From: an uncultured Planctomycetota bacterium
Lineage (GTDB): Bacteria; Planctomycetota; Planctomycetia; Isosphaerales; Isosphaeraceae
NCBI GenBank assembly: GCA_963737655.1
Contig: CAVTTN010000002.1
Location: forward strand, 1,888,001-1,952,000
Reading direction: 5' to 3'
Length of the DNA stretch: 64,000 nt
Shown here: positions 51,955 through 62,999 of the stretch, piece by piece
Numbering within the stretch: position 1 is the stretch's first letter
How the letters are laid out: each line of letters starts with the position of its first letter
Notes under the pieces: model-generated
The model's input: only the letters and a program-made list of their open reading frames with translations
Databases searched by the model: none
Told to the model about the DNA's origin: nothing
Made by a program: the position numbers and the translations under genes

Positions 51955-52902
51955 CTAACCCTGCTCCAGGCGGATGATCGATTCCAGGAGCCCGGCCAGC
52001 ATCTCCTCGCGGTCCACCCCGGCCAGGGCCAGCGCGATCTGGGCGTCGAGCGTCCCGTACTTCACCCCGAGGTTGTGCCGGGCCCCGCGAGACTCCAAAG
52101 CCAGGTACTTCTCGCGACGCGCCAGGGCGTCCAGGGCCGGGGTCAGCCCCACGCCCCCTCCCTCGCGGACGTCCCGCGAAACCAGGTCGTCCAGCAGCGT
52201 AAACACCGACGGAGTCAGCACATGCATCCCGAAAAAGCACAGGTAATGGCCGGCGCGGAGGCCCGGCACCTGCAAGCGGACCTCCGCCAGGGTCGGGTTG
52301 GGCTTCTCGATCACCTCGTCGATCGCATAGACGTCCGGCCGGTCGTGCCGCCTCCGCCCCTGGATCGTCCCGTAATGGCCGATCCGGTGCTCTCGGGTCG
52401 CCTGGACGGCCGACGCGGCGCACCCCTCGGCCTCGGCCAGGTCCAGGAGCTGCCGGGCGCACCGGCGGGTTTCCTTGGAGATATACAGATGGTCGCCCAG
52501 GAGGAGCAGGACCGGGTCGCCCCCGGCATACTCCCGGGCGCACCACACCGAATGGCCGTAGCCTTCCGGCTCGGGCTGGACGGCGAATCGAAGGCGGGTG
52601 GCGAGGTCGGCGATCCTCCGGGCCTGCTCCTCGGCCCAATCCACCCCCTTGAACCCGGATCGCAGCGCCTCGGCATAGGACCGGAAGTGCCGGCGATAAT
52701 ACGCCTCATCCCCCGGGGCCACGACCACGCAGATTTCCTCGATCCCGCTCTCCAGCGCCTCCTCGGCGATGATCTGGAGGACCGGCTTGGTCAGGCCGTC
52801 GCGATCGACCAGGGGGAGCATGGCCTTCTGGACCGTGTCCGAGGCCGGATACTGCCGAGCGCCTCGCCCGGCCGCCGTGATGATCGCCTTCTTGACCTGC
52901 AC
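51955..52902 (-). CDS. Sugar-phosphate nucleotidyltransferase (GalU-like)
   Basis: KAIITAAGRGARQYP...KAMLP, QPEPEGYGH, LLLGDH, IEKP. Confidence 0.88.
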   Translation of the reverse strand: MQVKKAIITAAGRGARQYPASDTVQKAMLPLVDRDGLTKPVLQIIAEEALESGIEEICVVVAPGDEAYYRRHFRSYAEALRSGFKGVDWAEEQARRIADLATRLRFAVQPEPEGYGHSVWCAREYAGGDPVLLLLGDHLYISKETRRCARQLLDLAEAEGCAASAVQATREHRIGHYGTIQGRRRHDRPDVYAIDEVIEKPNPTLAEVRLQVPGLRAGHYLCFFGMHVLTPSVFTLLDDLVSRDVREGGGVGLTPALDALARREKYLALESRGARHNLGVKYGTLDAQIALALAGVDREEMLAGLLESIIRLEQG

Positions 52903-53075
52903 GCCACCCGCTCCCCGATCTCGAAGGAAACCGCCCCGGCCCCGTCGCCCGGACGCCGACAGCCCCGCCGAATCCTACCCGACCTCGACCCCGCGACGCC
53001 AGGCTCCCCGCCGTCCCCCCGCATCGAGAGGACCCCGAATCGATGGATCGCCGGCCGACAACCCGCTCCACCCCC

Positions 53076-53104
53076 TTGACACCGCCCGCCGCCGGGACTA
53101 TCCT
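53076..53104 (+). promoter_or_regulatory. tRNA promoter
   Basis: TTGACA-N17-TATCCT. Confidence 0.7.
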
Positions 53105-53127
53105 TGCCTCATCACCCCACCACGCTT

Positions 53128-53201
53128 GGGGATGTAGCTCAATTGGTTAGAGCACCGGCCTGTCACGCCGGAGGTTGCGGGTTCGAGCCCCGTCATCCTC
53201 G
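53128..53201 (+). tRNA. tRNA-Asp: tRNA-Asp (GTC)
   Basis: GGGGATG/CATCCTC acceptor stem, D-arm AGCTCAATTGGTTAGAGC, anticodon loop CTGTCAC, GGTTCGA T-loop; CCA not encoded. Confidence 0.97.
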
Positions 53202-53209
53202 CTTCGATC

Positions 53210-53235
53210 AAACCCCGGGAAATCCGGGGTTTTTT
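53210..53235 (+). terminator. Intrinsic terminator after tRNA-Asp
   Basis: AAACCCCGG-GAAAT-CCGGGGTTTTTT. Confidence 0.8.
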
Positions 53236-53409
53236 CATGCGCCCGCCGAATCGCTTCGGACCTGCGCGCCGGATTCTCGTGCCGGTTACAAATGCCCGAA
53301 ACCTCGTGGAAACGGGTTACGGCCCACGGGCCTCCTGGCGAGGATGGGCGGACGGGGCGTCGGGACAGGCGGTCGTCACCTTGTCGTCCGCGACCCATCC
53401 CTCTCCACG

Positions 53410-53695
53410 ATGGCCGTCGCCGACCTCGCCCGGGGGCCGTTGCGGCTCCATCGCATCCGCCTCAAACCGTCCCACGCCGACCTGGCCGTCCTGGACAGCC
53501 TGCGGATGGCCCTGAGCGACCTGGGGCGGCTCGACCGGGCCGGCGCCCACCTCGCGAGGCTGGTCGCGATCGAGCCGGAGAACGCCAACGGTTGGGTGGC
53601 GCTGGGGGTGGTCCGGGCGCGGGAACGCAAGGCGTCCGAGGCGGTCGCCGCCCCGCGGAGGTCCCTCCAGATCGAGCCCAACAACGATCCGGCCG
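53410..53695 (+). pseudogene. TPR protein remnant
   Basis: LRMALSDLGRLDRA...IEPENANGWVALGVV...SLQIEPNN; no clean start or end. Confidence 0.6.
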
Positions 53696-53842
53696 CTGAA
53701 GACGGACCCCGAGGCGGCCTGCGAGCACCTCTTCCACACCTCCCGTGTGCTCCTGACGCGGGGGATCAAGGGGACGTACCTCGACTCGACGGACGCCGAG
53801 CCCCGGATGTCCCTGGCCGACCTGCTCGGGCGGAGGGCCTGA
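53696..53842 (+). pseudogene. 3' remnant resembling a DUF2075 (Schlafen group-3 helicase) C-terminus; second copy at 60046-60136
   Basis: HTSRVLLTRGIKGTYLDSTDAE resembles the NxYRVLLTRGxKGxY...D motif as recalled; not searched. Confidence 0.55.
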
Positions 53843-54488
53843 GGCCGACCGCGGGCTGGATGACGGGGACATCCATCCGCGTCGTGGACGCCGCGTCCAC
53901 GACGACCGAATGACCACCGGATCGGCCGGGATGTCCGGCGGCCCCGCCCGGGGCGGGAGACGGGCGATGGACCCGCCGGGGGAGGTCGATCCGGGACGCT
54001 CGGCCGACAAGACGCGGCCAGGAAGGCCCCGTCGGGCCCGACGTGCCCAGCCCGTCTGGGCAACCGCGCCTGATCAATCCGGCCCGACGCTCGCCGACAT
54101 GGCCGAGGCCGGTCCCATCCGGTCGATCACATCGAAGCATCCAGTTAAAGCACCGGCGATTGCAAGAGACATGCAAATCTTGCGGTCGCGTCCGGGCCGG
54201 CACCGGTGGGTAACCGCTGCGAGATTGTCTCCGAGGTCGGCTCCGCTCGCGAGTCCGGCGGTCGGGTCGGCTTCCGTCGGCTCGACGCCCTCCGAGCGGC
54301 GTGTCATGGCGTCGATGATGGGGGCGGGTGAAGATTCCTGGGTCGGGCGGGAGCCACCGCGGCTCCCGGATCGCCCGCCCCTGGCGGGCTGGGCTGGGCT
54401 GGCGGGCTGGCCGACCGAACGAGAATTTTGGGGCATTCCTGTCCCCGAATCGCCATGATCGTCAGTTAGTCCTCTCATGGTGCTGCGA

Positions 54489-55127
54489 ATGGCCGAACCC
54501 GAAAGCGAGACGCCGTCATTGCTCGAGCGGGCCCGGGCCGGGGACTCCGCGGCCTGGGCCGTGCTCATGGGGCGCTATCGCGAGCGTCTGCGGCGGATGG
54601 TCGCCCTGCGGCTCGACCGGCGGCTCCAGGGCCGCGTCGACGCCTCGGACATCATCCAGGAAGGCTATGCGGACGCGGCGGCCCGGCTGGAGGAGTACGC
54701 CCGCGACCCCTCGATGCCCTTCTTCCTCTGGCTCCGGTTCCTCGTCGGCCAGCGGCTGGCCGACCAACACCGGCACCACCTGGGCGTCCAGGCCCGCGAC
54801 GCCGGCCGCGACATCAGCCTCTACCGCCGCGCCATGCCCGAGACGACCACGGCCGCCCTGGCCGCCCAGCTCCTGGGCAAGCACACCTCGCCGAGCCAGG
54901 CGGCGATCCGGGCCGAGCGCAAGGTCCGGCTCCAGGAGGCCCTGAACAGCCTCGACCCGATCGACCGCGAGATCCTGGCCCTGAGGCATTACGAGCAGAT
55001 GTCCAACGGCGAGGCGGCGACGGTCCTCGGCCTCGACAAGTCGGCCGCGAGCAAGCGATACGCCCGGGCTTTGGTCCGGCTCAAGGACATCCTGGCCGCC
55101 CTGCCCGGGGGACTCGAAGGGAGCTGA
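54489..55127 (+). CDS. ECF sigma factor (planctomycete subfamily)
   Basis: YRERLRRMV, RVDASDIIQE, DREILALRHYEQMSNGEAA...RYARAL. Confidence 0.93.
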   Translation: MAEPESETPSLLERARAGDSAAWAVLMGRYRERLRRMVALRLDRRLQGRVDASDIIQEGYADAAARLEEYARDPSMPFFLWLRFLVGQRLADQHRHHLGVQARDAGRDISLYRRAMPETTTAALAAQLLGKHTSPSQAAIRAERKVRLQEALNSLDPIDREILALRHYEQMSNGEAATVLGLDKSAASKRYARALVRLKDILAALPGGLEGS

Positions 55128-55131
55128 CGCG

Positions 55132-58100
55132 ATGGCCGATTCCAGCGCCGACCGCGACCCGGTGGAGCGCCTGGCCGACTCGTTCCTCGCCCGCTACCGG
55201 CGCGGCGAGCGGCCGAGCATCGAGGACTACGCGGCGAAGCATCCGGAGCTGGCCGACGAGATCCGAGAGCTGCTGCCCGCGCTCGTCGCCCTCGAACAGG
55301 ACATGTCGATCGACGCCCCGACGACCGGCCAGGTCGCCTCGGGCGGGCCGAAGACGTCGGCGGCGACGCCCGAGCAGCTCGGCGATTACCTGATCCTCCG
55401 CGAGGTCGGCCGGGGCGGCATGGGGGTCGTCTACGAGGCCACCCAGCAGAGCCTCGGGCGGCACGTCGCCCTGAAGGTCCTGCCCGGCACCGGCCTGGGC
55501 GTGACGCACCTGGAGCGGTTCCGCCTGGAGGCCCGCGCCGCGGCGCGGCTGCACCACACGAACATCGTGCCGGTCTTCGGCGTGGGGGAGAGCGGCGGCG
55601 TCCACTACTATGCCATGCAATTCATCCGGGGCCAGGGGCTGGACGTCGTCATCGACGAGCTGACCCGCCAGAGGAGGGCGATCGCCGACCGCCCGCGCGG
55701 GGAGGCGGAGCCGGCCCTCCGCGCCATCACCGGAGGCCTCGTCGCCGATCGCTTCGAAGACGCCACCACCCAGACCGCCGCCGGCCCGGACGAGGGGGAG
55801 GCGGCCGCCCGGGCGGCCGATCCGATCGCGTCGCGGGCCGGGCCGCCGGCCCATTCGGAGCTCTCCTCCGCGAGGTCGGAGGGGCATTTCTACCGGGCCG
55901 CCGCGCGGGTGGGGCTCCAGGTGGCCGAGGCGCTGAGCTATGCCCACGGCCAGGGGATCGTCCATCGCGACATCAAGCCGTCGAACCTCCTGCTCGACGT
56001 CAAGGGGACCGTCTGGGTGACGGACTTCGGGCTGGCGAAGTCCGAAGGGGCGGACGGCCCGACCCAGACCGGCGACATCGTCGGCACCCTGCGCTACATG
56101 GCCCCGGAGCGGTTCGACGGCTGGTCCGACCCGCGGAGCGACATCTACGCCCTCGGGGCCACGCTCTACGAATTGCTGACGCTCCGCCCGGTCTACGAGG
56201 AATCCAACCGCGCCCGCCTGATCGAGAGGGTCCTCAACGACCCGCCGATCTCGCCCCGCAAGCATGACCGCAAGATCCCCCGCGACCTGGTGACGATCGT
56301 CCTGAAGGCCCTGGCGCGCGAGCCCTCGGCCCGGTACACCTCGGCCGAGGCGATGGCCGATGACCTGCGGCGCTACCTGGCCGACAAGCCGATCTTCGCG
56401 CGTCGCAGCGGCCCGGCCGAGAAGGCCTGGCGCTGGTGCCGCCGCAACCCGGTCGTCGCGGGATTGGCCGCGACGCTGATGGTCGTCTTCCTCGCCGCGT
56501 TCGCCGCTGTGACGGCCGCGCTGATCCGGGCGAGGGCCGACCGCAAGCTCGCCGACGAGCGTTTGATCGCGGCCCAGGCGAGCGAGGCCGTGGCGAAGGC
56601 CGAGACCGCGAGGGCCGACGCCGGATTCGCCAAGGCCCGATCGGCGGTGGACGACTACCTGAACAAGGTCACCGAAGACGACATCCTCAGGCAGACGCCC
56701 CGGCTCCAGCCGCTCCGCCGCCAGCTCCTGGAATCGGCGATGACCTTCTATCGGGGGTTCCTCCGCGACCGCCGCAATGATCCGTCGCTCCGCGCGGAGA
56801 TCGCGGCCGTGACTCTGCGGATGGCGCAGGTCCGCTCGCAGCTCGGGGACCCGTCCAGCCGGGACGTCGCGAGGGAGGCGGCGTCGCTCTACGAGGCCCT
56901 GGCGAAGGACTACCCGGGGGATCCGGCCATCCTCGGCGGGTGGATCGAAGCCCTGCAAGCCCGCCGCGACCTCGACCGCGCGATCGAGTTGGGCGAGTCG
57001 GCGCTGGCCTCCCATCCGGAGGATTCCAGGATCGCGAAGACCCTGACCCAGATCTACCGATCGCATTCGCTCAACCGCGACAGGGAGGGCGATAAGGCCG
57101 GCGCCATCGAGTCGGCGCGGAGATCCCTGGCGTTGAACCAGGCCCTCCTGAAGCGGACGCCCGATGACGCCGACGTCGAGCGGGAGTTGGCGGCGACCCT
57201 GTCCGACCTGAGCGTCCTTCTCTCCGGGACCTTCGGACGGGCCATCGATTCGATGTCGCTCAGCACGAAGCAGTTGGGCCACGACCGGCGCCTGGTCGCG
57301 CGACATCCGGGCCGGATCCTCTACCGGCAAGACCTGCTCATCGGCCTCATGAACGTCGCCAGCAAGGAGTGGGATTTCGGGATCAGGGACCAGGCGATCG
57401 CCAGGATCACCGAAGCCCTGGACCTGGCCCGGGAACAGGCCGCCATCCACCCCGACATCCCCTACTTCGCGACCATGCGCTTCCGCTGCGCCGCGACCCT
57501 GGCGGGATGGCGGAAGGAGCGCGGCGAGCCCCACGAGGAGGTGGAGGACGAAGCCCTGGCGGCGTTCCCGAACGCGGGGGCCCCGAACTCGGGCGTGGAT
57601 GCGAACGGCCTGTTCTTGTTCGCCTCGATCGCCGACCTCCGGATCGGCTCGCTGTCGAAGGGACCGGCCCCGCCCACGACCGTCGAGCGGGCCCGGATCG
57701 ACAGGCTGGGGGAGCGTGCGGTCTCGGCCCTGACGGTGTCGGCGGCCGCCGGCACGGGGCAGGTGACCCTGGCCCAGATCAAGAACCCGGACCTCTGGCC
57801 CAACCTCCGCGACCGCGAGGACTTCCGTGCGCTGGCGAGACGCCTGGAGGAGGGGAAGCCCGTCGTGTCGGCCGGGGCCGCCGGCCCCAAGGCCGCCAAG
57901 GCCATGCCGGCCCAGCCCACCCCGCGCGAGATCGACATCCGGGATCGCTCGGAACGGGCGGATGCGGAACTCTCGGTCGGATTCCTCCTGGGCGACCTCA
58001 ACCGGGACGACGAGGCCGCCCGGATCCTGGACAAGGTCCGCGGGGACTATGAGGCGCTCGCGCGCGAGGACCCGACGTCGCCCGATCATCGACTCGACCT

Positions 58101-60136
58101 CGCCCGGACCATCCGGGGGCAGGCCGAGATCGCCAGGGGCAAGGGACGGCTTCCCGAGGCGTTCGCCGGCTGGGTCGCCGCCCGCGACCTCCTGCTCGGC
58201 GTGGCGGCCGACCCGGCGAGCGGCCCGGCGACCGCCGCGACCTCTCGCTACGCATTGCTGGCGCTGGGCCGGACATTCAGCAATCATGGCCTGTGGGCCG
58301 AGGCCGAGGCCACGCTCGAGGCCGCCCTCGCGCCGGCGAAGTCGGCCTACGCCGCCTCGGACCTGATGGCCGGGCTCAACCGCCTGATGCTCGGCGACGA
58401 GGCCGGCTATCGCCGCCTCCGCGACCGCACCCGGTCGCGATACCTCGCGAGCGACTCCCCTTTCGACGCGGTCGACAGCGCGATGCTCGCGTCCATCCGC
58501 CCCGACCCGGGCCTCGACCGCGAGGCCCTGATCCCCGTGGCGTCACGCGGCCTGGAGATGCCGGGGCAGACCTGGGCGAAGGTCTACCTCGCGCTGGCCG
58601 ATCTCCGGGCCGGTCGGCTCGACGACGCCGAGGCGCAGCTCGAAGCATTTCGCGAAGAGAGGCCGGCCGGCGTCGAATGGGTCGACGAAGTCGCCGCCCT
58701 GGCGTATTCGGTGAAGGCCATGATCGCGCATCGCCGGGGCCGCGACGACGACGCCCGCCGCGCCCTGTCCGCGTCGCGACGCATCCTGGACGACCTGGGC
58801 ATCCGGTTCCTCGTGATGCCCCTGAACGACCCTCGCCACGGCTTCATGTGCTGGGCGGAATGCCGCATCCTGATCGCCGAGGCGGCGGCCGAGATCGACG
58901 GCCGCCCGGAGCGGCCCGAGCCCTGGACCCCGATCATGAACGCCTGGGGCGAGGCACAGGTCGGCCGGCCCGCCCTCGCCCGCGCCGCCCTGGCCCGGAT
59001 CGACCCCGAGGACGCGAGGGCCGCCAACGTCCTCGCGGCCCGCGCCCACGTCCTGGTGGCGCTCGGCGACAACGACCGGGCGCGCGAGGACCTCGAAGCG
59101 GCGATCAGGCTGGAGCCCTCCAACGGCCTGGCGAGGATCACGCGGGGCCGCCTGGCGCTGGCCGAGGGGCACCCCGATGCCGCGGCCGAGGACCTCGTGC
59201 ATGCCCTGTCCCGATGGGCCGACAGCCGCGACCCGTACGAGACGCGGGGGGTCGTCGACCGCCTGCTCGCGGAGAACGATCTTGCCTTCGACCGGGCCGT
59301 CGCGCTACGCCCGGACGACCCGCAGCTCTGGATCACGCGGGGGCGGCACTTCGCCTGGCGCGGCCGGTGGAAAGACGCGGCCGAGGCCTACGCCCGGGGC
59401 ATCGGCTCGCGGACCCCGGACATCGACTGGTTCGAGTACGCCGAGGTCCTCGTCCTGGGAGGGGATGCCGCGGGCTATCGCCGCCTCTGCGAACGGGTCG
59501 CGGGGACGCTGGATCCGACGAACCCCAGGGGCGATTGGCACAAGGTGTCGATCGCCGCGAGGATCGCGCGCCTCTCGGCCGATTCGGGCATCGCCCCCGA
59601 GGTCAGCGTCGGCTGGGCCGACACCGCCCGACGGCTGGAGCCGAGCCAATCGTGGCTCGACTACGTCGCCGGCGGCGTCCGCCTGCGGGCCCGGGGCCGA
59701 GAGGAGGAGGCGCTCCGTCTCCTGAACTCGTTCAACCAGCAGAACCCCAATAACCCGGCCTCCGGGGCGGTCTGGTACGACCTGGCGCTCGTCCATCGAG
59801 GGGCTCGGCCACGACGCCGACGCCCGCCGCTGGCGAGACCGGGCCGACGCCTGGCTGGCCGACCGAGAGCGCGAGGCCGCGACGGCGTCGATTTTCGAGC
59901 CCAGGATCCCCCTGCGCGATTACCTGGAGGCGAAGATCCTTGCGCGAGGCGTACGCGAAGTGATCCTCGAAGCGGGCCGCGGGGTTTGCCCGGCACCGCG
60001 ACGGCCGAAGGGAGCAGAGCGACTGCGATGGGTCGAACCGAGTCCCCTGAGGCGGGGGATCGAGGTGACGTTCCTCGACTCGACGGGCGCCGAGGCCCGG
60101 ACCTCCCTGGCGGACCTTCTCGGCCGGAGGGCCTGA
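55132..60136 (+). CDS. Large Ser/Thr kinase with TM helix and extensive TPR region (probable frameshift near 59800; 3' end uncertain)
   Basis: GRGGMGVVY, HRDIKPSN, DFG, GTLRYMAPE, WCRRNP-TM, TPRs; the +1 frame continues HRGLGHDADARRW...DYLEAKIL. Confidence 0.88.
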
Positions 60137-60532
60137 GGCCGACCGCGTGCAGAAGTACTGGGACATCCATCCGCGACTACCGGATGACTACCGGATCGTC
60201 CGGCGGGATACCGCAATTTACCGCGTTTTTTGCGCCGGGCGGGTTCGACGCCCGTCATCCTCGCTTCGATCAAACCCCGGGAAATCCGGGTTTTTTCATG
60301 CGTCCGCCGGATAGCCCCGGACCGGGCCCGCCCTCCATTCGGTGGCCCCGAGTCGACCCTTACGATCCGTCGTCGTCGCGATCGAGTTGCGAGCCGTCAT
60401 GGCGTCGGCTAACGTAGGCGGAGGTGACGATCCGAGGGCCGTCCAGTCCCCTCCGTCCGGCGGGTCGCTCGGATCGGATGCGGCCGGTGCTCCCGCGGAT
60501 GACGATCCGGCGAGGAAACGGAGCGATTCCGA

Positions 60533-61800
60533 ATGCATGCTCGATCCGTCACGCGGTCGCGGCTCCCGCTCTTCGTGGTCCTCGTTTCCCTGGCGTCGCC
60601 TGGGGCTCGCGGCGAGGAGCAGGCGAAGGCCGGCAAGTTCTTCTTCCGGGACGGTGACGCCGTCGTGATGATGGGCGACAGCATCACCGAGGCGCACCTC
60701 TATAGCAGTTACGTCGAGCTCTGGACGACGACGCGATTTCCCCGCTGGAAATTGACGTTCCGAAACCTCGGCATCAGCGGGGACACCTCCGACGGGGGCA
60801 ACGGACGTTTCCGTCGCGACGTGACACGGTTTCGGCCGACGGCCATGACCGTCGATTTCGGCATGAACGACGGCCGCTACGAGGACTTCGTCCAGTGGCG
60901 GTTCGACAATTACGTCAAGGGCCTGCAGGGGATCGCCGACCAGGCCCGGGAGGCGAAGATCCGCGTCGCCTGGCTCACGACCCAGGCGGTCGATTCCGCC
61001 GCGCCCGGCCGTTCCGCCACGGCCGCGGCGCCCTATAACCGGACCCTGGAACGGTTTGCCGACGAGGGCCTCAAGACGATCGCGCAAAAAACGGCGGCGA
61101 CTTCGTCGATCAGTTCCACCCCTACCTCGCGCTCCTGGACCGGGCCCGCGGGGCCGGGCCGGAATACTCGCCGATCTCCGGCATGGACCCCGTCCACGCC
61201 GGCCCGGCGGGCCAGGCGTTCATGGCGGCGACGATCCTCAAGGGGCTGGATTTCCCCACCCTGGTCGCCTCGGTCGAGATCGACGCCGCCGGGAATCTCG
61301 TCGCCGCCGGGAACGCCACGGTCAGCGGCCTGGCCGCGAAGGACGGCGGGGTCTCCTTCAACCAGCTCGACGACGCGCTCCCGTTCTTCCCCCGGGAGGC
61401 GGAAGACATCCTCAAATGGTCGCCGATCCGCGAGGACCTGAACCGGTACACGCTCAAGGTGACCGGGCTCCGCGAGGGTCGGTACGAGATTCGGCTCGGG
61501 GGCCAGAGGGTGGCCACCGGCTCGGCCGAGGACCTCGGCCGGGGCCTCAACCTGGCGTCCGCCGTGCTGAAGGCCGGCCCGGTCGCCGATCAGGTCAAGA
61601 GGGTCGCGGACGCGGTGACCGCGAAGAATGAATACTTTTCCAATCAGGTCCTCCGCGTGATGAGGGCCCAATGGCCCCCGCTGGACGAGGCGAGAGAGGC
61701 CCTGATCCACGAGCGACTGGAGAAGATGCCGGAGCTCGACGAGGCCATCCAACAGGCCCTGAAGATGAATTCGCATACCGTCGAGGTCATGCCACTCAGG
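60533..61800 (+). CDS. Secreted SGNH/GDSL hydrolase (frameshift at A-run near 61088; 3' end uncertain)
   Basis: MGDSIT, GISGDT, DFGMND, then DPVH in the next frame; coding-like character fades after HTVEVMPLR. Confidence 0.75.
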
Positions 61801-62999
61801 TGCAGCCCCGGGGAAGGCCGGGGCGGCCCGGCCCCTCCAATGGCGAGCACCGGGCGAGCGCTCATCCCACGGGCCACTCCCGAGCAGGTGCCCGGCCCCG
61901 ACTCGCGGGTTGGCGACCTCGAGGACGGGGGGAAGGCGGGCAAAAATCACGGGCCGATCGAGGATCGAGGCCGAGGAGGCAACGCACGGGACCGATCGAG
62001 CCCCGATTCTCGCGGACCCGCTTTCCCGAGGAATCCCGCCGAAACCCGGGCGAACGGGGCAGGGCCGATCGGTTGCCCCAAGGAAACGATGCGACGCCTC
62101 CGCCCCGCCCGGGATTCGACCGACCATCGACCAGACGCCATCCAAGCCGATCACGCCCCACCCCCCGAACGACGAATCGAAGTCCCCGCCCGACGTCCAG
62201 CGACGCCGTCCCCTCGTTCCAGACCATCGAGAGCCGACCCCACCCCCGATCACCCAATCCCTCCACGTCCCCTAACGCCGCTCCCAAACGACCCCTCATG
62301 CGCGCCCCTCAAAGTGTCCCCCTTTCCTGACAAGAGACGACGGTGGAGCCCAAAAATCCGATTGACGCAAGCCCTTGTCGAATCAGTGTTTGCCCGTCAA
62401 AAAGAAACAAATTCACAAATCAGGAAACATGCCTTGGCACGAGTGACTGCGCGCTCGAAAACCCTGGAAAAACCGCCCTCTGGCGCGTTTTTCGGGGAAA
62501 GGTGTAGTCAACTTTGGAAAAAATATCGTTCAAGCATTTCTGACATTGACAAAAAATGAGCATTCTAACGAATCCATGGAATCCAAAACTCAAAATTCCA
62601 GAACGTTCGCAAGTCATCACCCAATGGTCGCCCGCAAACTCCGCACGCCCGATCTTCCCCGGCGGATTTCCCGAAAGCACCCAGATTTCCCAGGATTCGC
62701 ATGCCCCCTGAACCGTCCTGGTTGGTTCACGATCGGATTGCGCTCGAGCAGGGCAGGCCCTGGCTTGCCGAGATCTCCGCGGTCTCGCTTTCGCAATTGC
62801 GTGCGGGTGTCTCGCCTCGGCAACCGGTGGGCTCGTGGATCTTGCCCAGGATCAGGGCAAGTCGATCCCGATCGAGGAGCCGTGGTCCGGCTTCCCGGAG
62901 AAGGCCTCGCTCGTCGAGCGGGCGACCCAGAAGCCGGGGCCGAAGCGATTCTCCGTCGGGACGGCCGAGGCGCGGCCGGGCGTGGGCCGTCGGGCCGAT

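Larger units (their letters stand above)
53177..60310. mobile_element. About 7-kb island at tRNA-Asp bounded by att-like direct repeats; no integrase inside
   Basis: 53177-53250 is repeated at 60239-60310 (tRNA 3' end plus terminator). Confidence 0.75.

Noticed and set aside
54300..54345. Similarity to 60395-60435 (GTCATGGCGTCG...GGTGA.GAT)
   Set aside because: Too short and degenerate in GC-rich DNA to call a repeat without alignment statistics
60239..60263. Second tRNA gene
   Set aside because: Only the T-arm and 3' acceptor strand are present; it is an att-like remnant
59800..60417. Kinase C-terminus as listed (1761 aa)
   Set aside because: Low-complexity read-through across the repeat and att site after a probable frameshift
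62434..62450. TGGCAC...TGC as a sigma54 promoter
   Set aside because: GG-to-GC spacing is 11 nt rather than 10, and there is no downstream gene
61800..62559. C-terminal extension of the SGNH ORF
   Set aside because: Pro/Arg-rich then AT-rich with non-host codon usage; likely a lost stop codon
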